A stretch of 64,000 bases of DNA from positions 157,611,741 through 157,675,740 of the forward strand of contig CM041465.1 of the NCBI GenBank assembly GCA_023213395.1. Direction: 5' to 3'. Of the stretch, positions 27,976 through 40,539 are shown piece after piece (position 1 is the first letter of the stretch; each line of letters starts with the position of its first letter). The notes below the pieces were generated by a model, which was given only the letters and a program-made list of their open reading frames with translations, was not told the origin of the DNA and did not search any database. Made by a program: the position numbers and the translations under genes. The stretch is from Cycas panzhihuaensis (Eukaryota > Plantae > Cycadophyta).

Positions 27976-29390
27976 ATTTATAGATATTCTAGAGATATTG
28001 CATAGATTAAAGGAATGTGGGAGATTTTAATATTTGTTGGTAGATAATGTTTAATGTGTAAATGTTTAAAGTATTTAGGTATAAGTTATGTCTTAGGTTC
28101 ATTAGTGTGGTAGTCCTAAGTATTATGTAATGATCTATAATGATATTGTCTAAGGTCCAATAGGGATGCTAAGTGATGTCATTAAGCATGTTTATATGTA
28201 ACACCTAATTAGTTGGTGAGGTGGTTGTTCTTTTTGGTTGGAGGAGTTAACGACAAGTCCAAGCATAAATATGTATTTGTTATCTTTCAATAATGATTAA
28301 TACAGTAAAGTTTGATATCCAAGTTTTAACATGGTATTAGAGCAGGTTTGCTTGTAGTTGGGCGTTTAAAGGATATTGTGTGATTGTGGGAAGACAGTAG
28401 AAATTTGTAAAGAGAAATCCCTACACGAAAATGTAATGGCCAGTGCCATAAGAGAACATCCTCCAGTTCTAGAAAGGGTCCTCTTAGGCTCAACTTAATG
28501 ACAAGACTATAGAGAAGAATGGCACTTCACTGAGCGAGATCGTTGACGTCATTCTAGAATAGAACAACTTCTTGAGGGCTTAGAGCGACGATGAGATCGA
28601 GTTATTGCGAAAGGCAGTGTTGAAGTTTCTTGAAGGAACCTCAAAGCGTTTAGAGTTAATTGTAGACTATGTTGGGAACGGAAAGCCAGTGGAAGAGGTA
28701 TTGAGGGCCATTATGAAATTTGTGCACTGAGGGCCTGGCGATTCTAAGGTGTCTAATTCTCTTATTGAAAACGGAAAGCATGTGGATATCATTCAATCGA
28801 CTGCAGAGGACTTAAAAAATTGATTCCTATTCTGAAAATGGGGATAATAATGTTAAACTTCCTATGGGCAAAGTCGATGAGATAAGCAAGCAAGATGCAA
28901 AGTAAGAGGGTAAATCATCTTGGTATCATGAATATTGCAATTTTTTAATCCAGTCTAAGGGGGAAAAGAAAAGAAATTTTTGTTTCCATGAAATCAATCC
29001 TTATTGGTAGCTAGGTTTTTGGCTTGGGTTTCCAGTGCATTTTGCAATCTCTGTGGTTGCAGGGTTTGGAGGTTTCAGAAAGCGTGGTCCCATGTGCAGG
29101 TTCTGGCTGGCATCATTTCTATGGAGGGCTTGCGGATTCCTTCTTTTCTGGACTTTGGAAGTCTCATTGTCAGCAGTTTGCATTCTTGATGAACCTGAGG
29201 TTTGGGATCTTGTCGCTGATTTCGGTGGCAACGCTAGTATGCTTAGTCTTTGGGAGTTTCTGTGTCTTTTGAAAGGTAGTGGACAGAAGGCACTTTAGGT
29301 GCACTGCTCATAGACATTCTGGTTCGTGTTTCTAAGGTAGTTTGTTAGTCCTTAGACCCTACTGCCCATTCCACGCTGCTGCAAGAAATT

Positions 29391-29621
29391 GAGGAAGGAA
29401 TACCTCCAGTGCAGCAGAAGCTTATTCATGGGGGAAAACAGATGAACGATGATAAGACAACCTGTGATTATAATATTGAGGGCGGTTCTGTTCTCCACCT
29501 TGTGCTAGCATTGCGTGTTGGATTTTTCAAGGTGAAGACCTTCGCTGGGAAAGAGGTTGAAATAGATATCGAACCTAACAATACAATTGAGCGGATCAAG
29601 CAACGGGTTAAAGAAAAGGAA
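29391..29621 (+). pseudogene. RUB: Captured RUB/NEDD8 fragment, C-terminal half followed by N-terminal half
   Basis: [77 protein letters not shown]. Both halves carry NEDD8-specific residues ([22 protein letters not shown]). The di-glycine is mutated to VG. Confidence 0.92.
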
Positions 29622-30451
29622 GTAAATAATTTAAGGGATCGACGTTTTAGGTTGATATTGGCATAAGATTCATACGAATTCAAAGGCGACTTTTTGGCAC
29701 TTTCTACTTCTCCTTCTAGGTATGTAATTTCCGTATTTAGTGCCGGATAAGGTTGCCTACCACAAAGATTTATTTTTCAGTTTATTGAAGTAGACAAGGA
29801 TTGTGTCATAGACGAAGATTCAGATTTAGAGAACACAAAGGTAGAAGGTTTGGGTAGAAGAGGAGGCTTCACAGTTTCAAGAACCATCGGGAATCGGAAG
29901 AGAACATGGGATTCAAACTTGGGGACCTTCACTATTGTCATCGATGGTAGAGAGAACTATCGTTTGAATTTGTCACAGACACACAGATGGAGAAATCACA
30001 AAGATCGTAGGTTTGATTTAAAGGTTAGAATTATATCTTTCAAAATCTCAAATCAAATTTAATTGAATTGAAATTTAATTAAGATCCACAGATGTAAAAT
30101 AAAATAAGGCAAATTTTATTTTTGTAAGGTCAAATTAAGATTAAGTCAGATTGAAATGTTGTTTGAGGTCTACCAGCACCCTTACCATTAAGACTGTGGT
30201 CATATGAAGCCTTCTTATTACTAGTTGCTAATTTGTTAAAAGGGGCTAATCTCCTAATAACACAAGTTATTCTTTATAAAAAGGTTTCTGCACATTTTCC
30301 CTTGTATCTCTCCATCTAGGCATTCGTTTTCCAAATAGTCTAAGGCGTTGGAATTGTACTTTAGAGACAGACGTGTTGGTATGTAATTTTAGGTATTTTT
30401 CTACTAATTTGATAGATTTATTTCAAGTTGAAGTGGGTGCATTCATACATC

Positions 30452-31300
30452 ATGGAGTTGATTGATATTATTATTTTTGTGCCAGAAAAGAATGAATTTT
30501 GGATAACCAATAGTAACAGAGCCTTTCCCAAATATATCAGAACTAATTTTCAAATTTGGAGAATCAAAATAGAATGTATATTTATGTTTAAAAGGCTATG
30601 GAAAATTATTATTGATGGTCCTGCATCGATTAATGAAGAAGGGGAGGAAAATTTCAAGAAAAAGAACAGAGTAGCCATTGATGTGATCCTTGCAGCTTTT
30701 GACAAGAAAAACCTTCCTCCTCCTTACAAATTCTTTATTTATACACTTCAAAATATTGACTCAGCTAAAGAGGCCTAGAACTTGTTGAGGGAAGTGTATA
30801 AAATGAGCCCTGAAGAAGTGCAGGAGACAGTCAGAAAGACAAACAAATTTTGTATTGCAGGTAACAAGGATGAAGCAGGAAAGAAGGTTATTCTTGGAGA
30901 ACAGGCTATGTGCAATAGCCTAACCAAGAATTAGAAAAAGAAGCTGAAGAGGAAAACAAAAAGGGGGAACGCTTTTCAAGTTGATTCTGGTAAGGATAAA
31001 GTTCTCATAGACTCATCTGATGTTCTTAAGCAAGATGGAAAGATAGGTGAACTTGTTTCTGAGAACATGTTCTCTATTGTTGAGGAAATAAGTAAACATA
31101 ATGATTGCGAACCCTTGTTGCACATTCCTGGAAATAAACTAAGTGTTAAAGTAACTGATGAGTTCACAGATCACCATTGGAAATCTGAGGAAGAAGATAA
31201 AAATGAAGATTGAAAAGAATATTATCTTATCAAACACATTGAGCCTCAACATGTTGACAGGAATATCTGCATTGAAAATTGTTGGAAGAATGGAGGTTGA
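30452..31300 (+). pseudogene. Truncated copia Gag N-terminal domain fused to a charged/acidic tail (copy A)
   Basis: MELIDIIIFVPEKNEFW...PKYIRTNFQIWRIKIECIFMFKRLWKIIIDG...SAKEA*NLLREVY resembles the copia Gag N-terminus; the frame continues past TAG stops; homologous to 50119-50900. 3' end approximate. Confidence 0.8.
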
Positions 31301-33296
31301 AAAACCTGAAAGTGATTTTAGACATCATATTTTACGGGTGGTACATAATGGATGTTAAACCTTATGTTTAAATGTTAAGTTAATGTACTTTTATTTTTCA
31401 TGTAATATATGCACTTTTTACTTTAGGGGTGACTTATCACTTAAGTGATAAAGTGCACACCCACATTCTTTCTAGTGACACAACGTTGTCACTAAAGGGT
31501 CAAATGGACCCTCACACACTTTTGCTCACATGAGAGCCCAAAAGGACACATGTCCAACATGCAAGGCATGTATCTTGGATGTTTGACACTTGTCAAACAT
31601 CGAAGGCCTTAGGTCTCTCATTTCACTCTATATAATGAGACCTCTCCTCATTGTCTCATACAAGAGTTGGAGCTGTATTGTTATGCTATCAGTTTGTTAA
31701 TCAAATTGTTCATTCTTGGGAGGTTGGACCAATTCCAACTCCACATATTGGGTATCATTTTCTCTTGCTCCTTCATTCATGTTTTGTCTCTTTGCTTTCT
31801 CTTTGCCTTGAGTTTATTATACTTGTTTATATTTCTGCAACTAGAACTAGAGTGATGCTAGTTTCTAGATCTAGGACCGCTGAGGCCATCTAGCCTCTTT
31901 TCACATTTGGTATCGAGCAAGAGGAGACTAGCTCCTGCTTCTTTTTTTTTTTTGCTCAAGGAGTTCTTTGAAGAAAGCAACAAACCCTTGGTGACGACCT
32001 CCGCACTCCGAAGGCGATCCAAGGTTTGTTTGAAGGTTTTTTTGTAGGATCAAGCATTTTGGAGCTTTTTTTAAAAGTCGGGTCAAGTTATGTTCGAGTT
32101 TTTGGAAAATATTATTAGTTAACTCTCTTTTCAACCCAGATTTGTCAAAATAAAATAAAAGAAGAGTCTGTGGATCCAGTTTGCTACTGTTCTAACTCAC
32201 CTGTACTCACCGGCTCAGCTTGCCCTCTGTGGGCCCCACAGTCCTCAATTATCACCGTCAAAGAATCGGCAGGCCCACCACTCAATCTGGGCCAAGATCG
32301 GCTCAACTCACTGTCACCGTCCATGTCCCATCCTCGTCAAGCTGCCCTTTGTCCAACTGTTTCACCGCCCAGCATCATTGTCACTGCCCACCGCCTCAGT
32401 CCTCATCACTGTCCTTTGTCCTCACTGCCCACTGCCCATCGGCCTCACTGCCTCCTTGTCCTCACTGCCCACTGTCCGTGATCCTCCTTTGTCATTTATC
32501 CACTTTGCATCCGGTATCCTTTCTCAGCGATCCTCATCCTCAAGAATCCATCCGGTGTCCTTTGTCAAGAATCAACATCACCAATGTGGCCCATGATCCT
32601 CAACAGTGGCCCCATGACCTCACCTCCTAGTGGGCCCCACAGTCCTTAGTCCTTAGTGTGCAAATTACAAAAATTTTTAAATTTCAGCCTATGTTTTGGC
32701 TCTTAAAAGTTTTAACACTTAGTTACTGTTTGAACAAGTGTTAATTAAGTGATTTTAAGTGGCTTTTTTATCAAAAAGTGATATTCATCACTAAATTTTA
32801 AAACACTTTTAAGGCACCTTGCATGGTGACCTATTGCCCTTAGTCTCAAAGAGGGCTCAAATACTTAATAAAAATCACTTTTTCTTTATCGTTGGGACTA
32901 ATTTAAAGTCCCAACACTTGGTGCTTGATGTCATTTTTCATGTAAGTGGCTCTCTTACCCTCATTTGTTCAACATTAAAAGGAACCCACTTGTATCTTCA
33001 TCACAAGTTTTGCATTACTTCTTTCAAGATTTAAGCTTTTTTTTCAAAAAGTACCTTGCAAAACTTATTGTAATCAAGCATTTGGTTTCTTACTTGGATC
33101 AGCATAGCACTACATTTTCATTAAAGTGCTCATTGTAAAAAACACTACAAGTGTTCATATACATGTACTTACATTGCTTCCTCTTGAAGCCACTTTTTTG
33201 TAAAGCTTAATCAAAGCATTTTCATAAGTACATTTACCAAGCAAAAAGAAACCTAAGTTAACTTTAAAATCTGCTAAAAAGTGACTTAAAAATCAT

Positions 33297-33709
33297 TGGA
33301 GAGGCTCGAAAAAGGTTCAAACCTTGCCTCTAAATTAACCTTAAGCTTGGTGCATTCCCTTGGGGACCAACCGAATGCAGTCGGTCAACGACAATTAAGG
33401 TTGCTTGAGGGAAAGGAGGTTCGAAAAGGGTGTTATTGAAATGTGAATCCTAGGGAAAGCATGGTACGTCCATGCAGATCAACCCTACCTGCCTTGTCCT
33501 AGATTTAACTTGGCCAACATTTGGATCTCCTCTGTAAGATCAAGTTGGACCAACTCCATAGCCTAGTCCTCCACCCTTCATCATTCCATTCATTGTTGGA
33601 TCTTCTAGTAAGATCAGGACTGTTGGTTTCGTTAGAAGGTGGAACTTAAGCGACGAAAGCTTTGAGTTTCCAAGTTATCTGCTAGCTTCAAGTGTTTATA
33701 AACTGAAAC
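33297..33709 (+). promoter_or_regulatory. Conserved, hairpin-rich pre-gag leader (putative packaging, dimerisation or translation element)
   Basis: Nearly identical to 59169-59580 although the flanks are diverged; multiple inverted repeats; ends at the gag ATG. Function is inferred. Confidence 0.65.
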
Positions 33710-36700
33710 ATGGCTGCCATAAACATGCTAAATGCATGCACTATTCGGTTAACAAGACAAGATAATTATCAAGAATGGAAGAGACTCACTCAGAACTTGC
33801 TAATCATGAACGAATTTTGGAGTTATGTTTCTGGGAGATTACCTCGACCAACACCTGTTACCGATGGGAATATTACTATGCAACCTGATGATGCTTTGCT
33901 TGCTGCTTGGGAAGCCAAAGATGAAATTGCTTTGGCATTCCTTCACATGATTGTTGATGTACATGTAGATCAGAATATTGCTAGTGCTAACACTTCTAAG
34001 GAAGCTTGGGACACCTTGTCCTCATTGTATGAAAGGCGAGATCAAGTTCGCATTTTAATGGTTAAAGCAAAATTGTATTCTATTAAGTTTATCAAGCCCA
34101 TGTCGGCTTTTCTTTCCTCCATCAAGGAGGTATGTAATGAATTGAATACACTTGGAAGTCCAAATGACGAGGGATGAATTGATCACATCCATCACCAAAG
34201 CCTTAGAAAGACTACAATGGCTTTATTTCGCCTACTACAAGAGATGGTTCCTCAAAACTATGACATTCAACGAATTTGAAAGTCTGCTACTTCAAGAAGA
34301 ACAAATCTACACTAAGGATAATGAGGAGGGACCATCTACATCAGGTGCATTTACGGCCAATTCAAAGGCCAAGCAACCCAAACTGCACTTTCAAAGCAGT
34401 TTGGGAACATGAACATTGGGTCTTCAAGGACCAATGTTGTATGTCATTATTGTGGCAAACCTAGCCACATCGCACCTGAGTGTGGGAAAAAGCAAGCAGA
34501 TCTACGCCAACAACAACAAGGCTGCCAGCCGGTGCCAACAACGGCGGCCACACACCAAGAAGACAACGGCCAGAAGTCGTCGGCTGCCAGCACGGCGGTT
34601 TCAACATCAAGAAGAACAACCCCGACCAAATCGAGGTGCCTATCGAGGAGGTCAAAGAGGAAGGGGCTTGAGGTGGCAATCAACGCCACTCTAATTAGTT
34701 TGCGAGATGAAGACAAACTGCTTTGTGCATATCGACATCCAAGGTTGATGAAACTTGGATTATTAATTCGAGCTTCACAACACATGACCGAAGTGAAGAG
34801 CTCCTCACCAACATCAAGGAAGGCAAAGGTCAATCGGTGACCTTTGGAAATAATCAATCTACCAAAATTTACGGAGTAGGCACAATCACTCCATTTTTTC
34901 CTCATCAAATCCTTCCTCCACATTTCCGATGGCAATGCCTATTTAATACCTTCAATGGACAAAAATTTACTATCTCATAGCCGCTTGGACAAGCAACAGA
35001 TGAGTGTATTGTTCCAAAGCGGAAATGTATAATTAGTGACAAAGAAGACCAAGTAGTAGTCATTGGCTATGAGGATCAAGGCCTCTACAAGATGGATGCA
35101 AATAATATAACACTTAATTCTCGCTTACTCGTTCCATTGTCACTCCTTACTTGTCCAAGATGCAACTTTGGCATCAACGTCTAGGCCATTTGAGCTTAAA
35201 CAATCTGAGGCAGATGATCAACAAGAACATGGTACATGGGCTTCCTAAGATTTATGGAACGAAATGTCTTTGGGCGTGCATTATGGGAACTCAAGATCGC
35301 TTGCCTTTCCCTAAAGGCAAAGCGTGGCGTGCATCACATCCTCTGCAGCCTAGTACATTCGATTTGTGTGGACCTATGTCCACATCATCTTTGGAGGAGC
35401 TTTGTATTATATCTCCTTCATTGATGATTTTTCTCACAAAGTTTGGGTTTACTTCATCAAACACAAATCAAGCATTTTCCAAGTTCAAAGAATTCAAACT
35501 TGAAGTGGAAAATGAGTCTTGCCATTCAATCAAAACATTCATTACAGACAATGGAGGTGAATTTACATCAAATGAATTCACCCAATCGCAAGGATAACGG
35601 CATTCAAGACAACCGACGATACCTCACACTCCTCAACAAAATGGAGTCTCCGAATCGGATGAATGCACTTTGGCCAATAAAGCCAAAGCTATGATGCATG
35701 CACAAGGACTCACTCGAGCCATCAAGTAAGCATTTCACACCGCCTATGTGGCCAATCGCAGCCCTACTACAAAGCCACCAACATGACACCCGAGGAGGCA
35801 TGGTCCGGCAAAAGCCCACTGTCACCATTTGAGGACTTTTGGGTGGATCGCTTATATGCACATTCCCAATCAGAAAGGAAGAAATTAGACAAGCATAGTC
35901 TAAAATGCATCTTTGTAGGTTATGCCATTCACAAAGAAAGCCTACAAGTTGTATGATCCTATAGGGAAGAAAATGCATCTCTCAAGAGATGTCATCTTTG
36001 TCAAGAAGATCACCGTGAGGTGCAAACAAGATCCATGCAACCTCCCATTAACAAAGGCAAGAAGATTGTTGAGGCCTTCCTTCCCTCTCAATCCTCTACA
36101 CCATGTTCATCATTTGCACCATGTGGACCGTCTACTTCAACTGAATTTGCTCCACTTGATCCAAGCACATCTTACATGGCCAACCACTTACACCGTAAGA
36201 TCTTGAGGTTCAAGTAACTTCAATTCAAAAGTTACCCAAATGGTACACACAAATAGTTCAGGACGATCACATCATTGAAGGAAAATGTCCATCTAAATAT
36301 CGGCAGCAAACCGATTATGCACTTATCGCTGAAGTGCTTTGTGTTGATGAGCCTTCCACTTTTGAGGAGGCTTCTAAAAATAAAAATTGGAAGGCTGCCA
36401 TGGATGAAGAAATCCATTCTATTGAAAAGAATGGTACTTGGAATTTGGTTGAATTGCCTAAACACAAACAGGCAATCAGTTGCAAATGGGTGTACAAGAC
36501 CAAATTCCATTCTGATGGTTCACTTAAAAGCACGCCTTGTCGCAAAAGGTTTTAAACAAAAAGAAGGCATAGATTATGAAGAAACTTTTGCACCAGTGGC
36601 GAACATGAATACCATCAGACTTCTCTTAGCCTTAGCTGCTCAATGCAAATGGCCAGTTTATCAGATGGACGTGAAGAGTGCCTTTCTTAATGGCGATCTT

Positions 36701-37872
36701 TAGGAGGAGGTGTATTTGGAGCAACCTCCCGGATACAAAGTACAAGGCAAGGAGCATCTTGTATATCGCCTAAAAAATGCGTTATATGGCTTGAAGCAAG
36801 CTCCAAGGGCATGGTACTCAAAGATCGATGACTACTTCTTGAGACATGGGTTTCATCGATCTACTTTATCTTAATCAGATATAAAAATGGAAAAACCATG
36901 TAATTTTTGTTGCCTTGTATGTAGATGACTTAGTGATCACTGGTAGTGACACTAAGATGATTCATATTCTCCAAGATGATTTGAAGAGAAGTTTTGAGAT
37001 GACGGATCTTGGACTTCTCCATTATTTTTAGGCTTTGAGATATGGCAATGTACCAAAGTATATCTTCATCTCCCAAGCGAAATATTCTTGGGACATTTTG
37101 CGGTTCGGGATGCACGATTGCAAAAGCGCCTACACCTATGGAGAATGGATCTAAGCTTACTCTCAATGAGGAAGTCGCACTGAGATCCCACACTTTACCG
37201 TAGCTGATTGGGAGTCTCATTTATCTCACCAACACTCTAGGATATTTCATTTGTTGGGATTTGCTCACGTATATGTCTCAACCCAATCAGATACACTGGA
37301 ATGCAGCCAAACGCATACTTAAGTACATCAAAGGCACATTACATCATGGCCTTGAGTATGCACATAATGAGAACTTCACTCTGGAAGGGTTCTCAGATTC
37401 TGATTGGGCAGGTTGCCAAGATAGCAGGAGATCAACCTCGTGATACTGGTTTTCCCTTGGTTCAGCAGTTGTTTCGTGGAGTTTCAAGAAGCAACCCAAT
37501 GTTACCTTGTCCTCCATCGAAGCAAAGTACAAAGCTGCAGTCAGCGCAGCTTGTGAGGCTATCTGGCTACGACGGATTCTTGGGGAACTTGGACTTGAGC
37601 AGGGTCATCCCACCAGGATACATTGCGACAATCAAAGTGTGCTCAAGTTAGCTAAAAATCTAGTCTTTCATGCGAGGACAAAACACATCGAGGTTCACCA
37701 CCACTTCATCAGAGAACATGTTCAGAATGGTGAGATCAACCTCCAGTACAGACCTACAGAGGAGCAGACAACAGACATCTTTACCAAGCCTCTTGGTAGA
37801 GACAAGTTTGTAAAATTCAGAGATGGTCTTGGTGTCCGACTTAACATTGTAAACAGTAAGGGGGGGTGTTAA
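33710..37872 (+). pseudogene. Frameshifted copia gag-pol
   Basis: MAAINMLNACTIRL, CHYCGKPSHIAPEC zinc knuckle, [54 protein letters not shown]. Confidence 0.93.
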
Positions 37873-39391
37873 ACCTTATGTTTAAATGTTAAGTTAATGT
37901 ACTTTTATTTTTCATGTAATATATGCACTTTTTACTTTAGGGGTGACTTATCACTTAAGTGATAAAGTGCACACCCACATTCTTTCTAGTGACACAACAT
38001 TGTCACTAAAGGGTCAAATGGACCCTCATGCACTTTTGCTCACATGAGAGCCCAAAAGGACACATGTCCAACATGCAACATGTATCTTGGATGTTTGACA
38101 CTTGTCAAACATCCAAGGCCTTAGGTCTCTCATTTCACTCTATATAATAAGACCTCTCCTCATTTTCTCATACAAGAGTTGGAGTCAGACATTGTTATGC
38201 TATCGCTTGCTAATCAAACTGTTCATTCTTGGGAGGTTGGACCAATTCCAACTCCACATATTGGGTATCATTTTCTCTTGCTCCTTCATTCATGTTTTGT
38301 CTCTTTGCTTTCTCTTTGCCTTGAGTTTATTATACTTGTTTATATTTCTGCAATTAGAACTAGAGTGATGCTAGTTTCTAGATCTAGGGACTGTTGAGGC
38401 CATCTAGCCTCTTTTCACAATGGAGACACAGCTACCTTGATGGAAAGTTTGGGTAATATTACCTTAGTTTGTGTTGATAAATGTGTTGTCAGGTTCCAAA
38501 TGATGTTAGGTCAGATGGTTGTATGCACATACACAAGACTTTGTATGATCACATTCAATATGACAACATTTTTTGTTCTTATCTTCGTAAGAATTCAAAT
38601 TGTGTCAACATATCCTACAATGGCTCTAGAAGATTCATTTAAAGAAAGAAAGGACACAATTGCAATGTCATTTGTGTAGGAATGAGTGGATAGGAGTAGG
38701 AGACAAGTCATAAAGCACATGTGAAAAGTCACAAGAGATGACAATACAACAAATGACTCACAACTCTCCAAATCTCATTAAGAAAAGAGAATGTTACAAA
38801 TACATATTTATAACTTTACACTAAATCTAAACATAGGAGGTGGTTCAACAACTCTAACGCTCCCATGAATTTTGGTGTGCTCAAACTAACCTCATTAATA
38901 GTTAGACCATCTTTGATTTCTAGAAACATTGACTATATTCTCTCACTAGAATATTCTCATCAAGAATATTCTATGTGAGCAATTATTCTAATGAAATGAA
39001 ATGAACTTAAATGAACATATCATGGGAATGTACATTATTCCAACACCCTCCCATAATGTTAAGTTCATTTCCTAACATAACCATCAGTGTTCTAAGTCTC
39101 TCAAAAATTCTCACAACTTAAAGTCTAAGTGAGAATATTACAACTTGAGGGACAATACATCAACTCAACTATGTCATGCTCCATATGTTGTCGAATAGAA
39201 TAATGGTCTTCTTCCACAAACTTGAATATGTCATGGAAACCCAATTCTTCGATAGTTGGAAGGCATTTTGTTGTAGTAAAACAACTGAACAAGTCGAATA
39301 TGATTAAGAAGTCAATTAAGCCCAAAATGGCTTCAGATGTCAGAATCGCTGCTTTGCATACTACCTTGGTGGAATAAGCTATCCACATCAG

Positions 39392-39632
39392 GAGATCAAC
39401 CAGAATTAGGTGCCAATGCATAATATGTCATTGATTTGGCCTTTAACTGCTACAAGAGATCAACCAGAATTAAGTGATCAATGCACATCCTGTCGTTGAA
39501 TAAGATCAACCAGAACTAAGTGTCATTCACATTCTGTTGTTGATTAGGCTCAACTGGAACTAAGTGGTCAATGCACATCCTGTCGTTGATTATGATCAAC
39601 CGGAACTGTGTCATCCATATCCTGTCATTGAA
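39392..39632. repeat. Five ~45-bp tandem repeats
   Basis: Unit consensus gatcaaccagaaytaagtg-tcaatgcacatcctgtcgttgatta. Confidence 0.9.
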
Positions 39633-40539
39633 TTGCCTTTGCAGTTGCCTTTACAAGGCTCCCAAAGAGGATTTCGTCATCCTCATCCAATACATGCTAG
39701 TTGTGATCATCAATGCGTGAATATCATGCTCATTGTCCTGCTTCTCCAAATGTCATAATCTTGGCATACAATATTGTGCTTGATTTTATGCACTATTGTA
39801 ATTTTCCAGGACACTATTGCTTCATAGAATTGTTAGGTGTTTTCATTAACACCACAACACTGGTATTAACATCACCATAACACAATATGCTTCAACAATA
39901 AGCTACCCAACTCACAAATAAAAGAGTTTGCGGTAGACAAAGGTATGATGAGTATCATGTAGGTTGATAAGAGTTATATACTCTACAATTAAACAACAGA
40001 AGTCACTCGTCTCCTTCAGTTTCTGCACATGAAGAGAGATAGGGACTAGACATTTTTCAAGAGTGAGCAAGTATCAAGACTCTAATAAATCATTAAGAGT
40101 CATTTTGCATCATATGCGAGCAAATAAATATGAGCAATCTTCTCATCAACCACTAGCAAATTGATGAATGTTAGTGTTTTAGGTTTCAATTCTGCCAAGT
40201 CATGTCGTGCCATGTCGTATGACACCATGTTGTGCAACTTTTGAAATGGCAACAATTGGGTCTATTTAGGCTTCATCTTTTCTCCTTAACAACTCCATAG
40301 GTCTTTCATAAGATTGGAAATTGTTATATTACATAAAACTTACATTTTGCCTTAGTGAATCTAGCAAATTTTAGCTAGTAATTCACAGACATTTTAGGAA
40401 GTCTGTAATTAAGAAATTAAGGAGAAATAGTGTTTTAAATCACCACAAGTATGAGTGTCACATCACTTAGTGACCACAAGGTGAATTACACTTAAAAAGA
40501 GTACAAATAAAAAAGGTTTAAAATACCTTTTAAATACAC

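Larger units (their letters stand above)
31353..38419 (+). mobile_element. Full-length Ty1/copia element nested in copy A (LTRs 31353-31905, 37867-38419)
   Basis: Perfect TSD ATGGA; LTRs ~97% identical by hand count; PBS tggtatcgagc at 31908; PPT aaggggggg before 37867. Confidence 0.97.

Noticed and set aside
29409-29666. ORF as a functional ubiquitin/RUB gene
   Set aside because: The halves are in reversed order, the di-glycine is mutated, there is no proper start, and it lies inside an LTR element; treated as a captured fragment.
31651-31893. Hydrophobic ORFs in LTRs (also 38102-38397, 57186-57708, 16205-16640)
   Set aside because: They lie in T-rich LTR sequence, have non-ATG starts and have no recognisable domain; no evidence for an env-like gene.
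32170-32630. His/Cys/Pro-rich ORFs here and at 57657-58353 and 41527-41841
   Set aside because: By-products of C-rich low-complexity repeats, open in several frames and not conserved between related elements.
39787-39835. Plus-strand zinc-knuckle-like HYCNFPGH
   Set aside because: Opposite to the element orientation set by PBS and PPT, and incomplete; may be chance or a small inversion.
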